DNA from: an uncultured bacterium
GTDB taxonomy: Bacteria; Fidelibacterota; Marinisomatia; Marinisomatales; Marinisomataceae
Direction of reading: 5' to 3'
Assembly: GCA_943841495.1 (NCBI GenBank)
Contig: CALSYL010000003.1
Location: 80,915-144,914 of the forward strand
DNA: 64,000 nucleotides
This document shows positions 31,787 to 41,714 of the stretch, piece by piece. The notes below the pieces were generated by a model. The model was not told where the DNA came from, did no database searches, and worked only from the letters and a program-made list of their open reading frames with translations. Positions within the stretch are counted from its first letter, which is position 1. Each line of letters begins with the position of its first letter. A program made the position numbers and the translations under genes.

Positions 31787-32776
31787 ATGAAAGAAATAAA
31801 TACTATAACCTCCATTGCAATATCGTTTCTAATTATTTTAAGTACTGCATTTTTATCAATAAATAATAGAGAAATAACACCTAAGACAATTACTATAAAT
31901 AAAGGAATGTCTTTAAATACTGTTATAAATCTTTTACAAGAAAATAATATTATTATTAATAAGAATGTTTTAAAAGCTAAAATAATGATACAAGGACTAT
32001 CTTCAAAAGTGCCGACTGGAACTTTTTTAATAGAAGGAAAAGTATCAGATTCAAAGTTAATAGATATTATTTTTAATAAAGGTCCAATAAAGCTTAAGCT
32101 GACAATTCCAGAGGGAACATCTTCCAAAAAGATTTTTGAAAGTATCAACTTATTACTTAATACAAACTATCAATTTGAAGATTTATTGACTGAAAAAAAT
32201 ATATTGAGTAAGTATGATATTGACGGAAGCTCTTTTGAAGGATATTTATACCCTAATACGTACTATTTTTACTATGATACTTCACCTGAAGATATTATAG
32301 ATACACTCGTATCACAGTTTTGGAAAGAATTCGATGAAAACTTAATAAGTAGAGCAAATGAATTAGGATTATCGGTACATGAGGTTGTAACTTTGGCGTC
32401 TATCATTGAAGGTGAAGCGATGCTTGATAATGAACGTTCAACTATCTCTTCAGTTTATCACAATAGACTAAAAATAAATATGAAATTGCAAGCAGATCCA
32501 ACGATACAGTATATTATAAAAGGTCCACCTAAGACATTATCAACAAGAGATCTAAGGATTAAATCTCCTTATAATACTTATCAAAATTATGGATTACCTC
32601 CTGGACCAATTAATAATCCAGGTATTCAATCCATCAAAGCAGCACTTTACCCATTAGAAACAAATTATTTATTTTTTGTTGCTCAAGGAGATGGATCTCA
32701 TGCTTTTACAACCAATGAAAAAGATCATGAAGCTGCCAAAAGGATATATAAAATTAATAAGAGAAATAAAAAATGA
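31787..32776 (+). CDS. mltG: Endolytic murein transglycosylase MltG (YceG-like)
   Basis: N-terminal TM, ASIIEGEA, LQADPTIQY and YNTYQNYGLPPGPINNPG. Confidence 0.9.
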   Translation: MKEINTITSIAISFLIILSTAFLSINNREITPKTITINKGMSLNTVINLLQENNIIINKNVLKAKIMIQGLSSKVPTGTFLIEGKVSDSKLIDIIFNKGPIKLKLTIPEGTSSKKIFESINLLLNTNYQFEDLLTEKNILSKYDIDGSSFEGYLYPNTYYFYYDTSPEDIIDTLVSQFWKEFDENLISRANELGLSVHEVVTLASIIEGEAMLDNERSTISSVYHNRLKINMKLQADPTIQYIIKGPPKTLSTRDLRIKSPYNTYQNYGLPPGPINNPGIQSIKAALYPLETNYLFFVAQGDGSHAFTTNEKDHEAAKRIYKINKRNKK

Positions 32777-34938
32777 ACTTACAAGACTTAAACACTCAAC
32801 AATTAAAAGCTGTTCAAACCGTATCAAAGCCTGTATTAGTTTTTGCTGGCGCAGGAAGTGGTAAAACCAGAGTTTTAACATATAAGATTTGGCATCTTAT
32901 TAAAGAAAATCTTTTTAAGCCAAATGAAATTTTAGCCCTCACTTTTACAAATAAAGCTGCTGCTGAAATGAAAGTTAGAATACAGGAAAGTATATCATGT
33001 GATGGAGTGAATGTTGGAACGTTCCACTCAATCGGTGCTCGAATGCTTAGAATGCATATCACATCTTTGGATGATAATTATAATTCTAGTTTTACTATTT
33101 ATGATACTGCAGATCAAAAATCAGTTATTAAACAAGTAATTGACAATTTAAATCTTTCTGAATTTAAAGAACTAAATGTAGGTTTTTTGAAAATGCAGAT
33201 TGATAAATTTAAAAATGCAAATCTTTCAATTAAAGATATTGAATCAAAATCTCAAACATTTGAAGATGAAAAAATTGTAGAAGTTTATAAAGCTTATTGC
33301 GACACATTAAGGTCAAACAATGCTCTAGATTTCAATGATTTACTTTTGCTACCAATTCGTTTATTAAAAGAAAACAAAAAAATATTAGATTACTATCAAA
33401 AGTCATGGAAGTATGTTCTAGTTGACGAGTTTCAAGATACAAATTCTCCACAATTTGAAATAGTTTCACTACTAGCAGGGAAACATCAAAACATTACTGT
33501 TGTGGGAGATGATGATCAGTCTATTTATGGATGGAGAGGTGCCAACATAGATAATATTTTAACTAATTTTCAGGACACATTTGCAAAAAATATTGTGATT
33601 AAGCTTGAAAAAAATTACCGATCAACTCAAAGAATTCTTGATGGGGCATGGTCTGTTGTTTCTAATAATAGTAATAGAGCAGAAAAAAAGTTAGTAGCTA
33701 CCAGGGGGAAGGGCGAAAAAATTTCTTTGATATCTACTGGAAGCGATGAAGAAGAATCAAATGCTATTTGCGATTCAATAAAATCTGAAATAAAGCTTAA
33801 TAAGAATACATTTAAAGATTTTGCAGTTCTTTATCGTACTAATGCTCAATCAAGATCGATTGAACAAGCAATGGTGAAAGAAGGTTTGCCTTACAATATT
33901 GTTGGTGGAACAAAATTTTATGATCGCAAAGAAATAAAAGATGTATTAGCCTATTTAACATTAGTTGCTAATAATAGCGACGATGTAGCACTTAATAGAA
34001 TTATAAATTTCCCTGTCAGAGGAATTGGAGAAAAATCCATTAAAATGTTTATTGATATAGCTGCCAAAAATAAAAGTTCGCTGTTTGATAGTTTAGAAAT
34101 GTGTAGAGAATTAAAATTAAGAGGAAAGCAGCAAGATTCTATTGAAAGTTTTCATGCTTCAATAACCAAGTTTAGCAATCTATTAGAAACGCTTGACCCA
34201 AAAGAATTGCTTAGAACTTTATTAGAAGAATTTAATATTGAAAATTATTATAAAAATAATCCTGCAGAACAAGATCGATATGATAATATTCAAGAATTAA
34301 AAGCTTCGGTTGACAAATTTTCAGATCAAACAGGCGGAAATCTAAAAGATTTTCTTCAAGAAATTTCATTATTTACTGATATCGATGAATGGGATGACAA
34401 AGAAAATTCAATAACATTGATGACTGTTCATGCAGCAAAAGGACTAGAATTTTCCACAGTCTTTGTTGCAGGATTAGAGCAAGGATTATTTCCACTTGTA
34501 AGAATTGATGATGGTCCTGATCAAATGGAAGAAGAAAGAAGATTATTTTATGTTGCTGTTACAAGAGCAATGAATCAAGTATACCTTCTGAATGCTAAAT
34601 ATAGAAGAAGGTTTGGAGCAATGAATACAACATCTTTTGTACAATCTGATTTTTTAGATGAGATTGATAAAGCTGTTATTAAAATAAAGTCTTATAAATC
34701 TGTATATACAAGAAGAGTAGTAGGAACTGGCAGCAAGAAAAAAATCCAAATTTCAAGAACTGTCACAGAGTTTGACGATTTCAAGATTGGTGATCAAGTT
34801 CAGCATAATCTTTTTGGTGTTGGAACAATTTTAGTATTAAGTGGAACAGGTGAAAATCAAAAGGTTGGAGTTGAATTCGACGGCGGTCTCAGAAAAAAAT
34901 TAATTGTAAAGTATGCTCGCTTAAAAAAAATAGATTAA
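32773..34938 (+). CDS. uvrD: UvrD/PcrA/Rep-family ATP-dependent DNA helicase
   Basis: Walker A AGAGSGKTRVLT, DEFQDTN, NYRST, MTVHAAKGLEF and LFYVAVTRA. Confidence 0.93.
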   Translation: MNLQDLNTQQLKAVQTVSKPVLVFAGAGSGKTRVLTYKIWHLIKENLFKPNEILALTFTNKAAAEMKVRIQESISCDGVNVGTFHSIGARMLRMHITSLDDNYNSSFTIYDTADQKSVIKQVIDNLNLSEFKELNVGFLKMQIDKFKNANLSIKDIESKSQTFEDEKIVEVYKAYCDTLRSNNALDFNDLLLLPIRLLKENKKILDYYQKSWKYVLVDEFQDTNSPQFEIVSLLAGKHQNITVVGDDDQSIYGWRGANIDNILTNFQDTFAKNIVIKLEKNYRSTQRILDGAWSVVSNNSNRAEKKLVATRGKGEKISLISTGSDEEESNAICDSIKSEIKLNKNTFKDFAVLYRTNAQSRSIEQAMVKEGLPYNIVGGTKFYDRKEIKDVLAYLTLVANNSDDVALNRIINFPVRGIGEKSIKMFIDIAAKNKSSLFDSLEMCRELKLRGKQQDSIESFHASITKFSNLLETLDPKELLRTLLEEFNIENYYKNNPAEQDRYDNIQELKASVDKFSDQTGGNLKDFLQEISLFTDIDEWDDKENSITLMTVHAAKGLEFSTVFVAGLEQGLFPLVRIDDGPDQMEEERRLFYVAVTRAMNQVYLLNAKYRRRFGAMNTTSFVQSDFLDEIDKAVIKIKSYKSVYTRRVVGTGSKKKIQISRTVTEFDDFKIGDQVQHNLFGVGTILVLSGTGENQKVGVEFDGGLRKKLIVKYARLKKID

Positions 34939-34964
34939 GCTTATAAATTAATGTAATTTGAATT

Positions 34965-35429
34965 ATGGAAAATTTAATACCATGTAGGTTTCATGTTGAA
35001 GTGGAAGAAGTTCTTAAAAGTGAAGGTCTTAGAGCAACAAAACAGCGACTTGAAATTTGGGATGAACTTTCTTCCTCTGATAAGCATCGAGATATTGAAA
35101 CAATTTTACTTGATTTACAGAATAAAAAAATTAATGTTTCCAGAGCAACATTGTATAGAACAATAGATGTATTTGTTAAGCATAGTTTATTAAAAAAAAT
35201 TACTCTTGATTCTGGAAAATTTCTCTATGAACATAATAAGAAAACTATTACCCCAAAACATGATCATATTGTTTGCGAAGATTGTGGTGAAATATTTGAA
35301 TTTTATGACAATAGTATTTCCAGTATTGAGAAGAAAATTGCAGACGATTTAAATCTTAAGGTTACAAAAAGAGTTCATCAGCTTTCTGGATCTTGCAAAG
35401 ATGATAAATGTTCACACGCTAAAAATTAG
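34965..35429 (+). CDS. fur: Fur-family metalloregulator (Fur/Zur/PerR; specificity not determinable)
   Basis: Winged-helix segment ATLYRTIDVF and a metal site HDHIVCEDCGEIFEF plus a C-terminal CxxxxC. Confidence 0.8.
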   Translation: MENLIPCRFHVEVEEVLKSEGLRATKQRLEIWDELSSSDKHRDIETILLDLQNKKINVSRATLYRTIDVFVKHSLLKKITLDSGKFLYEHNKKTITPKHDHIVCEDCGEIFEFYDNSISSIEKKIADDLNLKVTKRVHQLSGSCKDDKCSHAKN

Positions 35430-35433
35430 CTAA

Positions 35434-36315
35434 ATGAAATCTATCTTAATTACCAATCTAGTTGCAGATATGAAGCTTCAAGGATTTTATTTATGCATTG
35501 AAAAGAAAGTTCAAAAAAAAAGAGATGGTTCGCCTTACTTAAACTTGCTACTTCAAGATAAGTCAGGATTAATTAGAGCTAGAATTTGGGACAAAGTTCA
35601 AACATTTTCAAAAAAGTTTGAAAGTGGCGATCCAGTAGCGGTGAAAGGATCTACCTACCAGTTTGGTGAAAGTTTGATGATTAGAGTTGAGAATATTTCA
35701 AAAGCGAATGAAGAAAAATATAAAAAATTTGGATTTAAATCTTCGGACTTAATTCCTGTTTCCAAAAAGAATCCTAATGAACTATGGAAAATATTAGCAA
35801 AAGAGGTTAATGGGATATCTAAAAGTCATTTTAAAAAATTAACAAAAAATATTTTATCAGAACATAAAGATAAGTTCAAAATATATCCTGCAAGCATATC
35901 TTATCATTACAATTATCAGAGTGGATTAATTGAACAAACTGTATCATTACTAAAAATTGCTAAACAAATTGGTGTACATTATGATATTGATATTGACTTG
36001 CTTGCTACCGGTGCTTGTTTACATCAAATTGGAAAACTATATTCGATAAATCTAGGATCGTCTTTTGCAAAGTCAAATCATAAGGCGCTTGTTGGAAACG
36101 CTATTCTTTCAAGGGATATAGTAAACAAATATATTTCTGAAATTAAAAATTTTCCGGAAGATGATAAGCTGAAACTAGAACATTTAATTTTATCATATCA
36201 AGGTAGGAAAGAATGGCAAAGTCCTGTTGAGCCTCAAATTATTGAAGCGGTTTTATTGCATTCAATAAATTTAATGGATTCAAGAGTTAATTTTATGAAG
36301 CAGGATGAATTTTAA
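35434..36315 (+). CDS. OB-fold plus HD-domain protein (YhaM-like 3'-5' exoribonuclease family)
   Basis: N-terminal OB-fold region (FYLCIEKKVQKKRDGSPYLNLLLQDKSG) and an HD-like region (ACLHQIGK, LLHSINLMDS). Confidence 0.6.
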   Translation: MKSILITNLVADMKLQGFYLCIEKKVQKKRDGSPYLNLLLQDKSGLIRARIWDKVQTFSKKFESGDPVAVKGSTYQFGESLMIRVENISKANEEKYKKFGFKSSDLIPVSKKNPNELWKILAKEVNGISKSHFKKLTKNILSEHKDKFKIYPASISYHYNYQSGLIEQTVSLLKIAKQIGVHYDIDIDLLATGACLHQIGKLYSINLGSSFAKSNHKALVGNAILSRDIVNKYISEIKNFPEDDKLKLEHLILSYQGRKEWQSPVEPQIIEAVLLHSINLMDSRVNFMKQDEF

Positions 36316-37930
36316 ATCTAAGCTTCTTTTTCTAATTTGTTCATTAAGCGTATCAAATGGACAAGAGGTTATTCCGTTTGATATTTCAAGTCAATTTGCA
36401 GTGCCAATAAGTAACAACCAATTAATTTGGAATACTGATCGGTCCTTTAAAAAACTTTTGATTGATAGATCAACCAAAAATTTCAGACAAAAATTTACAA
36501 ATTTAACTTTTGAAGAATTGCCCAACGATTCAACTTACGTGAAAAGTAAATTTATATACGAGTTTGGCGATTATGGCTTTGATAAGCTTAGTGTTGGATT
36601 GAAAAAGCATTCAAAAAATAATAATTTTGAATTTACTGGCATGAAAAAAAGTTTTTTTGGTCAATACTCTGAATTTGCTAATTCAGAAACACCGCCATTG
36701 AGCTTGTTCTATCAGTTTGACTACTCTAAGAGCTTTGAAAGAAGTAAAATTTATTCTTCATTAGGGTATTTCAGAGAAAATTCAAATTTCCTTTTTGATT
36801 CATCGTTAGATAGCAATTACTCTGAACCAAGTAATGAATTTTCTGATTTTATTTCTTTAACCTTGGGAAATATTTTTAGTAAAAATAATTTTAATTTTGA
36901 TTTACAATTAAATCATATAAGTAAATACAAATCGTCACTAATAAATGAGTATAATATTAATAGTAAATATGATTTAGATAGAAATAGGTTTGTAGCTGAA
37001 ATACACAAAGATAATTTTTTATTTTTAAATATTATTCTTAATAATAGTTTTTATAATGATAAAAAATCATTCAAAAGATTTGCATTAAATTCTTTAACTA
37101 TAACTCGTCAAAACTATAATTTTTCTGTTCCAACAGGAAAAAATTACCCCGCAGGAGAATTGATATATGGTGTTGATTTATTTGAAGATCATATCAAGCC
37201 TAATATTTATTATAAAAATATTTTTGGAAATCTCGATGTAGTATTTAAGACTAGAAATCAACATTCAATAGTCCTCATGAACACTTTGGATTATATTGAA
37301 TCAGAAGAAGTTTTAATTGCCAATGATCAATTTAGTGGTAATGAAGTTGAGGAGTGGAAAAATTTAACGCTCACTTATTACTTTAATACCAAAACAGATT
37401 TTTCAGCTTCTTTGAAATATGTAAAAGCTAATAATTTTATTATACCGGAGGCAGATAGATATAAATTTATAAACGATGACATGTTATCACTTCAGACGAA
37501 GATTGAAATTCCATTCAAATATGGTATAATAAATTTTAATCATTCTTATAATTTTGATGATAGTTTAATTAGTTCAAATAGAGCTCACATTCTTAATTTA
37601 GATTATCTTTACAGCTTATCTTTGATTGAAAATAATCTGGGAATTGATGGAAAACTTAGTTTTCAGTATATGTCAAAAAATAATTCAGACTATAGTTTTA
37701 ATTATTTTAAGAATATGCCTGAAAGGAATAACAATATTAACAGTGATGAATATATTAATATTGCTCTGAATACAGAGATTGCAATATCCGATGTACTACT
37801 AACTATCCGACTCCAAAATGCTTTAGGAAAATTTTACTCAAATGAAGACTACTCATTAGAAAATCATGAATTTTTTAATCCAATGAGCAGTCTATTAACA
37901 TTTGGAATCATCTGGGAATTTGATGACTAA
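36305..37930 (+). CDS. Uncharacterised secreted protein, probable outer-membrane beta-barrel (541 aa)
   Basis: Signal peptide MNFKSKLLFLICSLSVSNGQ and alternating aromatic/polar strand-like pattern throughout. The aromatic-rich C-terminus is FGIIWEF(DD). I recognise no family motif. Confidence 0.5.
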   Translation: MNFKSKLLFLICSLSVSNGQEVIPFDISSQFAVPISNNQLIWNTDRSFKKLLIDRSTKNFRQKFTNLTFEELPNDSTYVKSKFIYEFGDYGFDKLSVGLKKHSKNNNFEFTGMKKSFFGQYSEFANSETPPLSLFYQFDYSKSFERSKIYSSLGYFRENSNFLFDSSLDSNYSEPSNEFSDFISLTLGNIFSKNNFNFDLQLNHISKYKSSLINEYNINSKYDLDRNRFVAEIHKDNFLFLNIILNNSFYNDKKSFKRFALNSLTITRQNYNFSVPTGKNYPAGELIYGVDLFEDHIKPNIYYKNIFGNLDVVFKTRNQHSIVLMNTLDYIESEEVLIANDQFSGNEVEEWKNLTLTYYFNTKTDFSASLKYVKANNFIIPEADRYKFINDDMLSLQTKIEIPFKYGIINFNHSYNFDDSLISSNRAHILNLDYLYSLSLIENNLGIDGKLSFQYMSKNNSDYSFNYFKNMPERNNNINSDEYINIALNTEIAISDVLLTIRLQNALGKFYSNEDYSLENHEFFNPMSSLLTFGIIWEFDD

Positions 37931-39993
37931 AGTTGATATTCAACTGTAAGATTCATGCTTCTTCCAGGCTCTGGATATCCTATAGTTGAAATATATTCTT
38001 CATCAAGAAGATTATCTACAGTCAAATTAGCTCTAATCATATTTTGACTACTTCCTAACGTTATGTTTTTTGAAAATGCTAAACTAACTAATCCAAAAGA
38101 TGCATCGTTTACTGGCTCTGCCCAATCAGATCCATATTGTAAAATTCTATCTCCTGTTAGTTTATATACTAAAGAATAGTTTGTAGAGCTATTTTGTTTG
38201 AAAGTAAATAATAAGCTAGCTGAACTATCAGGAACATACAGTAATTTTTCGTCCATGTCTTTATCTAAAGAGTCATAAAGATTGTATGTTAATTGCATTT
38301 GAACTCTATCAAACTCTTTCAAGTATTGCAAATTGTATGATGTTCTTTCAGCGGAAGATACATTAATTGGAACATATTTAAAGGATTCATTAGGCTGCCA
38401 TAATATTAAATTTTTATAATCTTTGAATGAGGCAGTTAATTTTATTTTTCCTAATAAAGATTGATTGGAAACAGAAAGAGCCATATACTCACTTTCTTCT
38501 GGTTTTAATTCTGGATTTCCTCCGCTATATAATCCATCTGGCCAAAATAAATCGTTCATTGTTGGAAATTGAAATGAGGATCCAATATCTAAATTAAAAT
38601 CAAAAGAACTAGTTGTCTTGTTAAATTGATTCAGCGCTTCAAACCCTAGATTAAACGTTGATTTCTCATTTTCTTCTCTAGAATCAAATCGTAATGATGG
38701 TGATATCTTGTAATCATTTTCAAGATTGACATAATTACCAGTTAATGATAATGAAGTTGTTTTAAGCTCGCGTTTTTCTAAATCACTGCTATCCACTCTT
38801 TCGGTTTTTTGATTAAACAAAACTTCATAGTTAAGTGATTCAGTTATGATTTGTTTACCTGTTAATCCAAAAGAAGTGTAATCTAAATCATGTTCACTAA
38901 AAACAGGAAAAGATGCATTAGAGTCATCATAAACCTGATCATTGCTTGAACGATTCATTTGTATTTTTAAAAAACCTTTATCAAAGAACTTATTGAAAGA
39001 TAGTGCAAATAATTCAAAATCATCAGTTCTGGTTGCATTAGGGGATGGAAAGCTAGTGCTTCCTGATGCTCCTCGTATATTTTCTGTTTTTAAAGTGAAT
39101 ATATTAACGACAAAATCATCGCTAATAACAAATTGTCTATCCATTGCCATAAAAAATTGGTCTAAATAATTATTAACTCTTTTAACTTGTTTGCCGGTTG
39201 CATCTTCGTATTTAAAATCTCCATCGTAAGATGTTTTTCCAAAAACTATATTTCTTTTTGATGTTTTTCTATCAATAGAATAATTGGCCCCAAATTGTGA
39301 AAATCCATAATCTCCAGTCCCATAGAAAACGTTATTATTTTCTATGCTATTATTAATATTAAGCGATCCATCAATTGATCCTGATCCATACTTAGTTCCT
39401 GAATTAAGTCTGTAGTTTATAGATTTTAGAGCAAATGATGGCAAAGTAGAAAGATCTGCTTGTCCATTCATAGCATCTGTTAAGTCTACTCCATTGTAAA
39501 GTACTTTAGTATGCCTAGCAAAGCCTCCATCAAATGAAGCTGATGTCACGCCGGCATAACCTCCGTATGTTCTCATTTCTAACGAAGGTATTTGGTTTAA
39601 AGATCCTCCTCTAGAATAAGTTCCTAAATTATTATAAGAAGTTTTATTTCGTAAATATTCATTTTTATTTCTTCCATAAACATCCACTGTTTCAAGTGAA
39701 ATATTATCAAAAAGCATTGTAACATATTTAGTTAATCTTTCATTCGGTTTGATAATTAGGTTTTCGAATCCAATTCTCTTAAATAGTACATCAGATTCAT
39801 TGTTAACGTTAATTATAAATCCACCATTCTCATCAGACATAGTCCAATTTGTATTTTCTAAATTTGCATTAATTTCTTCAATTATTACATGAGAGATTGG
39901 TTCTCCTGAAATATCTTTTATTACACCAGAAAAAGATTGTCCAAGAAGATTGGTGAGAAGTATAGCAAACAGTATATATGATTTTTGTATCAT
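37927..39993 (-). CDS. btuB: TonB-dependent receptor with N-terminal CarboxypepD_reg domain; cobalamin/corrinoid receptor inferred from the upstream riboswitch
   Basis: CarboxypepD_reg-like N-terminal segment GVIKDISGEPISHVII, a plug region and a long beta-barrel ending LTVEYQL. A B12 riboswitch occupies its 5' leader. Confidence 0.8.
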   Translation of the reverse strand: MIQKSYILFAILLTNLLGQSFSGVIKDISGEPISHVIIEEINANLENTNWTMSDENGGFIINVNNESDVLFKRIGFENLIIKPNERLTKYVTMLFDNISLETVDVYGRNKNEYLRNKTSYNNLGTYSRGGSLNQIPSLEMRTYGGYAGVTSASFDGGFARHTKVLYNGVDLTDAMNGQADLSTLPSFALKSINYRLNSGTKYGSGSIDGSLNINNSIENNNVFYGTGDYGFSQFGANYSIDRKTSKRNIVFGKTSYDGDFKYEDATGKQVKRVNNYLDQFFMAMDRQFVISDDFVVNIFTLKTENIRGASGSTSFPSPNATRTDDFELFALSFNKFFDKGFLKIQMNRSSNDQVYDDSNASFPVFSEHDLDYTSFGLTGKQIITESLNYEVLFNQKTERVDSSDLEKRELKTTSLSLTGNYVNLENDYKISPSLRFDSREENEKSTFNLGFEALNQFNKTTSSFDFNLDIGSSFQFPTMNDLFWPDGLYSGGNPELKPEESEYMALSVSNQSLLGKIKLTASFKDYKNLILWQPNESFKYVPINVSSAERTSYNLQYLKEFDRVQMQLTYNLYDSLDKDMDEKLLYVPDSSASLLFTFKQNSSTNYSLVYKLTGDRILQYGSDWAEPVNDASFGLVSLAFSKNITLGSSQNMIRANLTVDNLLDEEYISTIGYPEPGRSMNLTVEYQL

Positions 39994-40019
39994 ACTTTCC
40001 TCCGAAGTTATTGTTTATA

Positions 40020-40170
40020 TTTTTAACAAATAAGGTCTCCTGGCTTATACCTAAAACAGTTTAATTCCTTCTCCTACATTGTAGAATGGATTTTATTAAA
40101 CCTCAGTAATTACAGTAGCGGGGACTGCTAAAGATTTGAACTTTATTCCCTACAATTGTTAAGAAACTTT
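40020..40170 (-). promoter_or_regulatory. Cobalamin (AdoCbl-type) riboswitch in the 5' leader of the TonB-dependent receptor
   Basis: Minus-strand read: ...GTAGGGAATAAAGTTCAAATCTTTAGCAGTCCCCGCTACTGTAA...CCATTCTACAATGTAGGAGAAGG...TATAAGCCAGGAGACCTTA. It contains the conserved GGGAA, GC.G.CCCGC.ACTGTA core and the B12 box AGCCAGGAGACC (plus-strand 40034..40045). The boundaries are approximate. Confidence 0.85.
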
Positions 40171-40217
40171 AAAGTTTATTTTATCAAATGTAAACGATTA
40201 TTTATTTAAATTAATAT

Positions 40218-40745
40218 ATGTCAAAATATCAATCTAATCGTTTAAACAGCTTAACATTAATTTTAAATGCTAGTTATTTACCACTAGGTGTATGTAGTTC
40301 AAAAAGAGCTATTTGCCTATATTTTCTTGATAAGGTTGATATTTTAATGAATTATGATGAACGTATTCATTCACCTTCTTTACAAATGAAGATTCCAAGT
40401 GTAATAAAGCTCAAAAAATATGTATCCTTTAATAGCTTAGATATAGTTTTAAATAGAAAAAATTTACTAATGAGAGATAATTCATGTTGCCAATATTGCG
40501 GTTCAAAATCAAGCTTAACCATTGATCACATTGTCCCTAAGCAAAAAGGTGGGCAAGATACATGGGAAAATTTAATTATTGCATGTTCGCCATGTAATTC
40601 AAAAAAAGGGAATAGAACTCCATATGAAGCTGAAATGAAATTGATGAAAATCCCAAAAAAACCAAATAGATTTATGTATTATAATCAATATATTAGTCAA
40701 AGAAATGAAGGATGGAAAGACTACCTCTTTCAAAATAAAAATTAA
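40218..40745 (+). CDS. HNH endonuclease-domain protein (175 aa)
   Basis: CCQYCGSKSSLTIDHIVPKQKGGQDTWENLIIACSPCNSKKGN is a complete CxxC...H-N-H...CxxC zinc-finger HNH motif. Confidence 0.85.
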   Translation: MSKYQSNRLNSLTLILNASYLPLGVCSSKRAICLYFLDKVDILMNYDERIHSPSLQMKIPSVIKLKKYVSFNSLDIVLNRKNLLMRDNSCCQYCGSKSSLTIDHIVPKQKGGQDTWENLIIACSPCNSKKGNRTPYEAEMKLMKIPKKPNRFMYYNQYISQRNEGWKDYLFQNKN

Positions 40746-40748
40746 AAT

Positions 40749-41714
40749 ATGAATAAAAGAATCTTAAGTGGTGTTCAGCCATCAGGGCAATTACATATCG
40801 GAAATTATTTTGGTATGATCGATAGAATGATATCCCTTCAATCTAATTCAGATTTATTTTGCTTTGTTGCTAACTATCATTCTTTAACATCTATTAATAA
40901 TAAAGATGAGCTTGAAAAAAATACTTCTGAAGCATTTATTGACTTATTGGCACTTGGAATCAATCCAGAAAAATCAACTTTTTGGATTCAATCACATGTG
41001 CCAGAAGTAACAGAGCTTGCTTGGATTTTATCTAACTTTTCATCAGTTGGATTAATGCAAAGATCTACTTCATATAAGGATAAAATCGCAAATGGGCTTA
41101 AACCAAATATGGGGCTTTTCTCTTATCCAATCTTAATGGCATCAGATATCCTACTTTTCAACGCAGATGTTGTCCCAGTTGGTAAAGATCAAAAACAGCA
41201 TTTAGAAATGACTCGTGATATTGCAATAAAATTCAATAATTTTTTTGGAGATATTTTTACAATACCTGAAATTGAAATAGATAATACTAATGATATAATT
41301 ATTGGAGTAGACAATCAAAAAATGAGTAAATCTTATAACAATACTATACCAATTTTCGGGGACCATGATACAATTAACAACCAAGTCATGAATATTGTAA
41401 CTGATTCAGCAGGTTTAAATGAACCAAAGGACACAAATACTCCTCTTTTCAAAATTTATTCTCTTTTTTTAGATATTGAATCAAAAAAAGAATTGCATGA
41501 TAGATATAATACTCCTGGTTTAAAGTATATGGAAGTCAAAAAAGAACTGGTTGATATCATTATAAATTATTTTGCTGATCAAAGATCTAGAAAAAATGAA
41601 TTACTTTCCAACAAAGATGAAGTAAATGAGCTAATGAATTTAGGAAAACTAAAAGCTCAAAACATTGCTCGTGAAACATTATCCCATGTAAAACGCGCAA
41701 CCGGTTTATTATAA
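40749..41714 (+). CDS. trpS: Tryptophanyl-tRNA synthetase
   Basis: Class I motifs HIGNY (GQLHIGNYFG) and KMSKS (QKMSKSYNN). GKDQKQHLE. Confidence 0.93.
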   Translation: MNKRILSGVQPSGQLHIGNYFGMIDRMISLQSNSDLFCFVANYHSLTSINNKDELEKNTSEAFIDLLALGINPEKSTFWIQSHVPEVTELAWILSNFSSVGLMQRSTSYKDKIANGLKPNMGLFSYPILMASDILLFNADVVPVGKDQKQHLEMTRDIAIKFNNFFGDIFTIPEIEIDNTNDIIIGVDNQKMSKSYNNTIPIFGDHDTINNQVMNIVTDSAGLNEPKDTNTPLFKIYSLFLDIESKKELHDRYNTPGLKYMEVKKELVDIIINYFADQRSRKNELLSNKDEVNELMNLGKLKAQNIARETLSHVKRATGLL

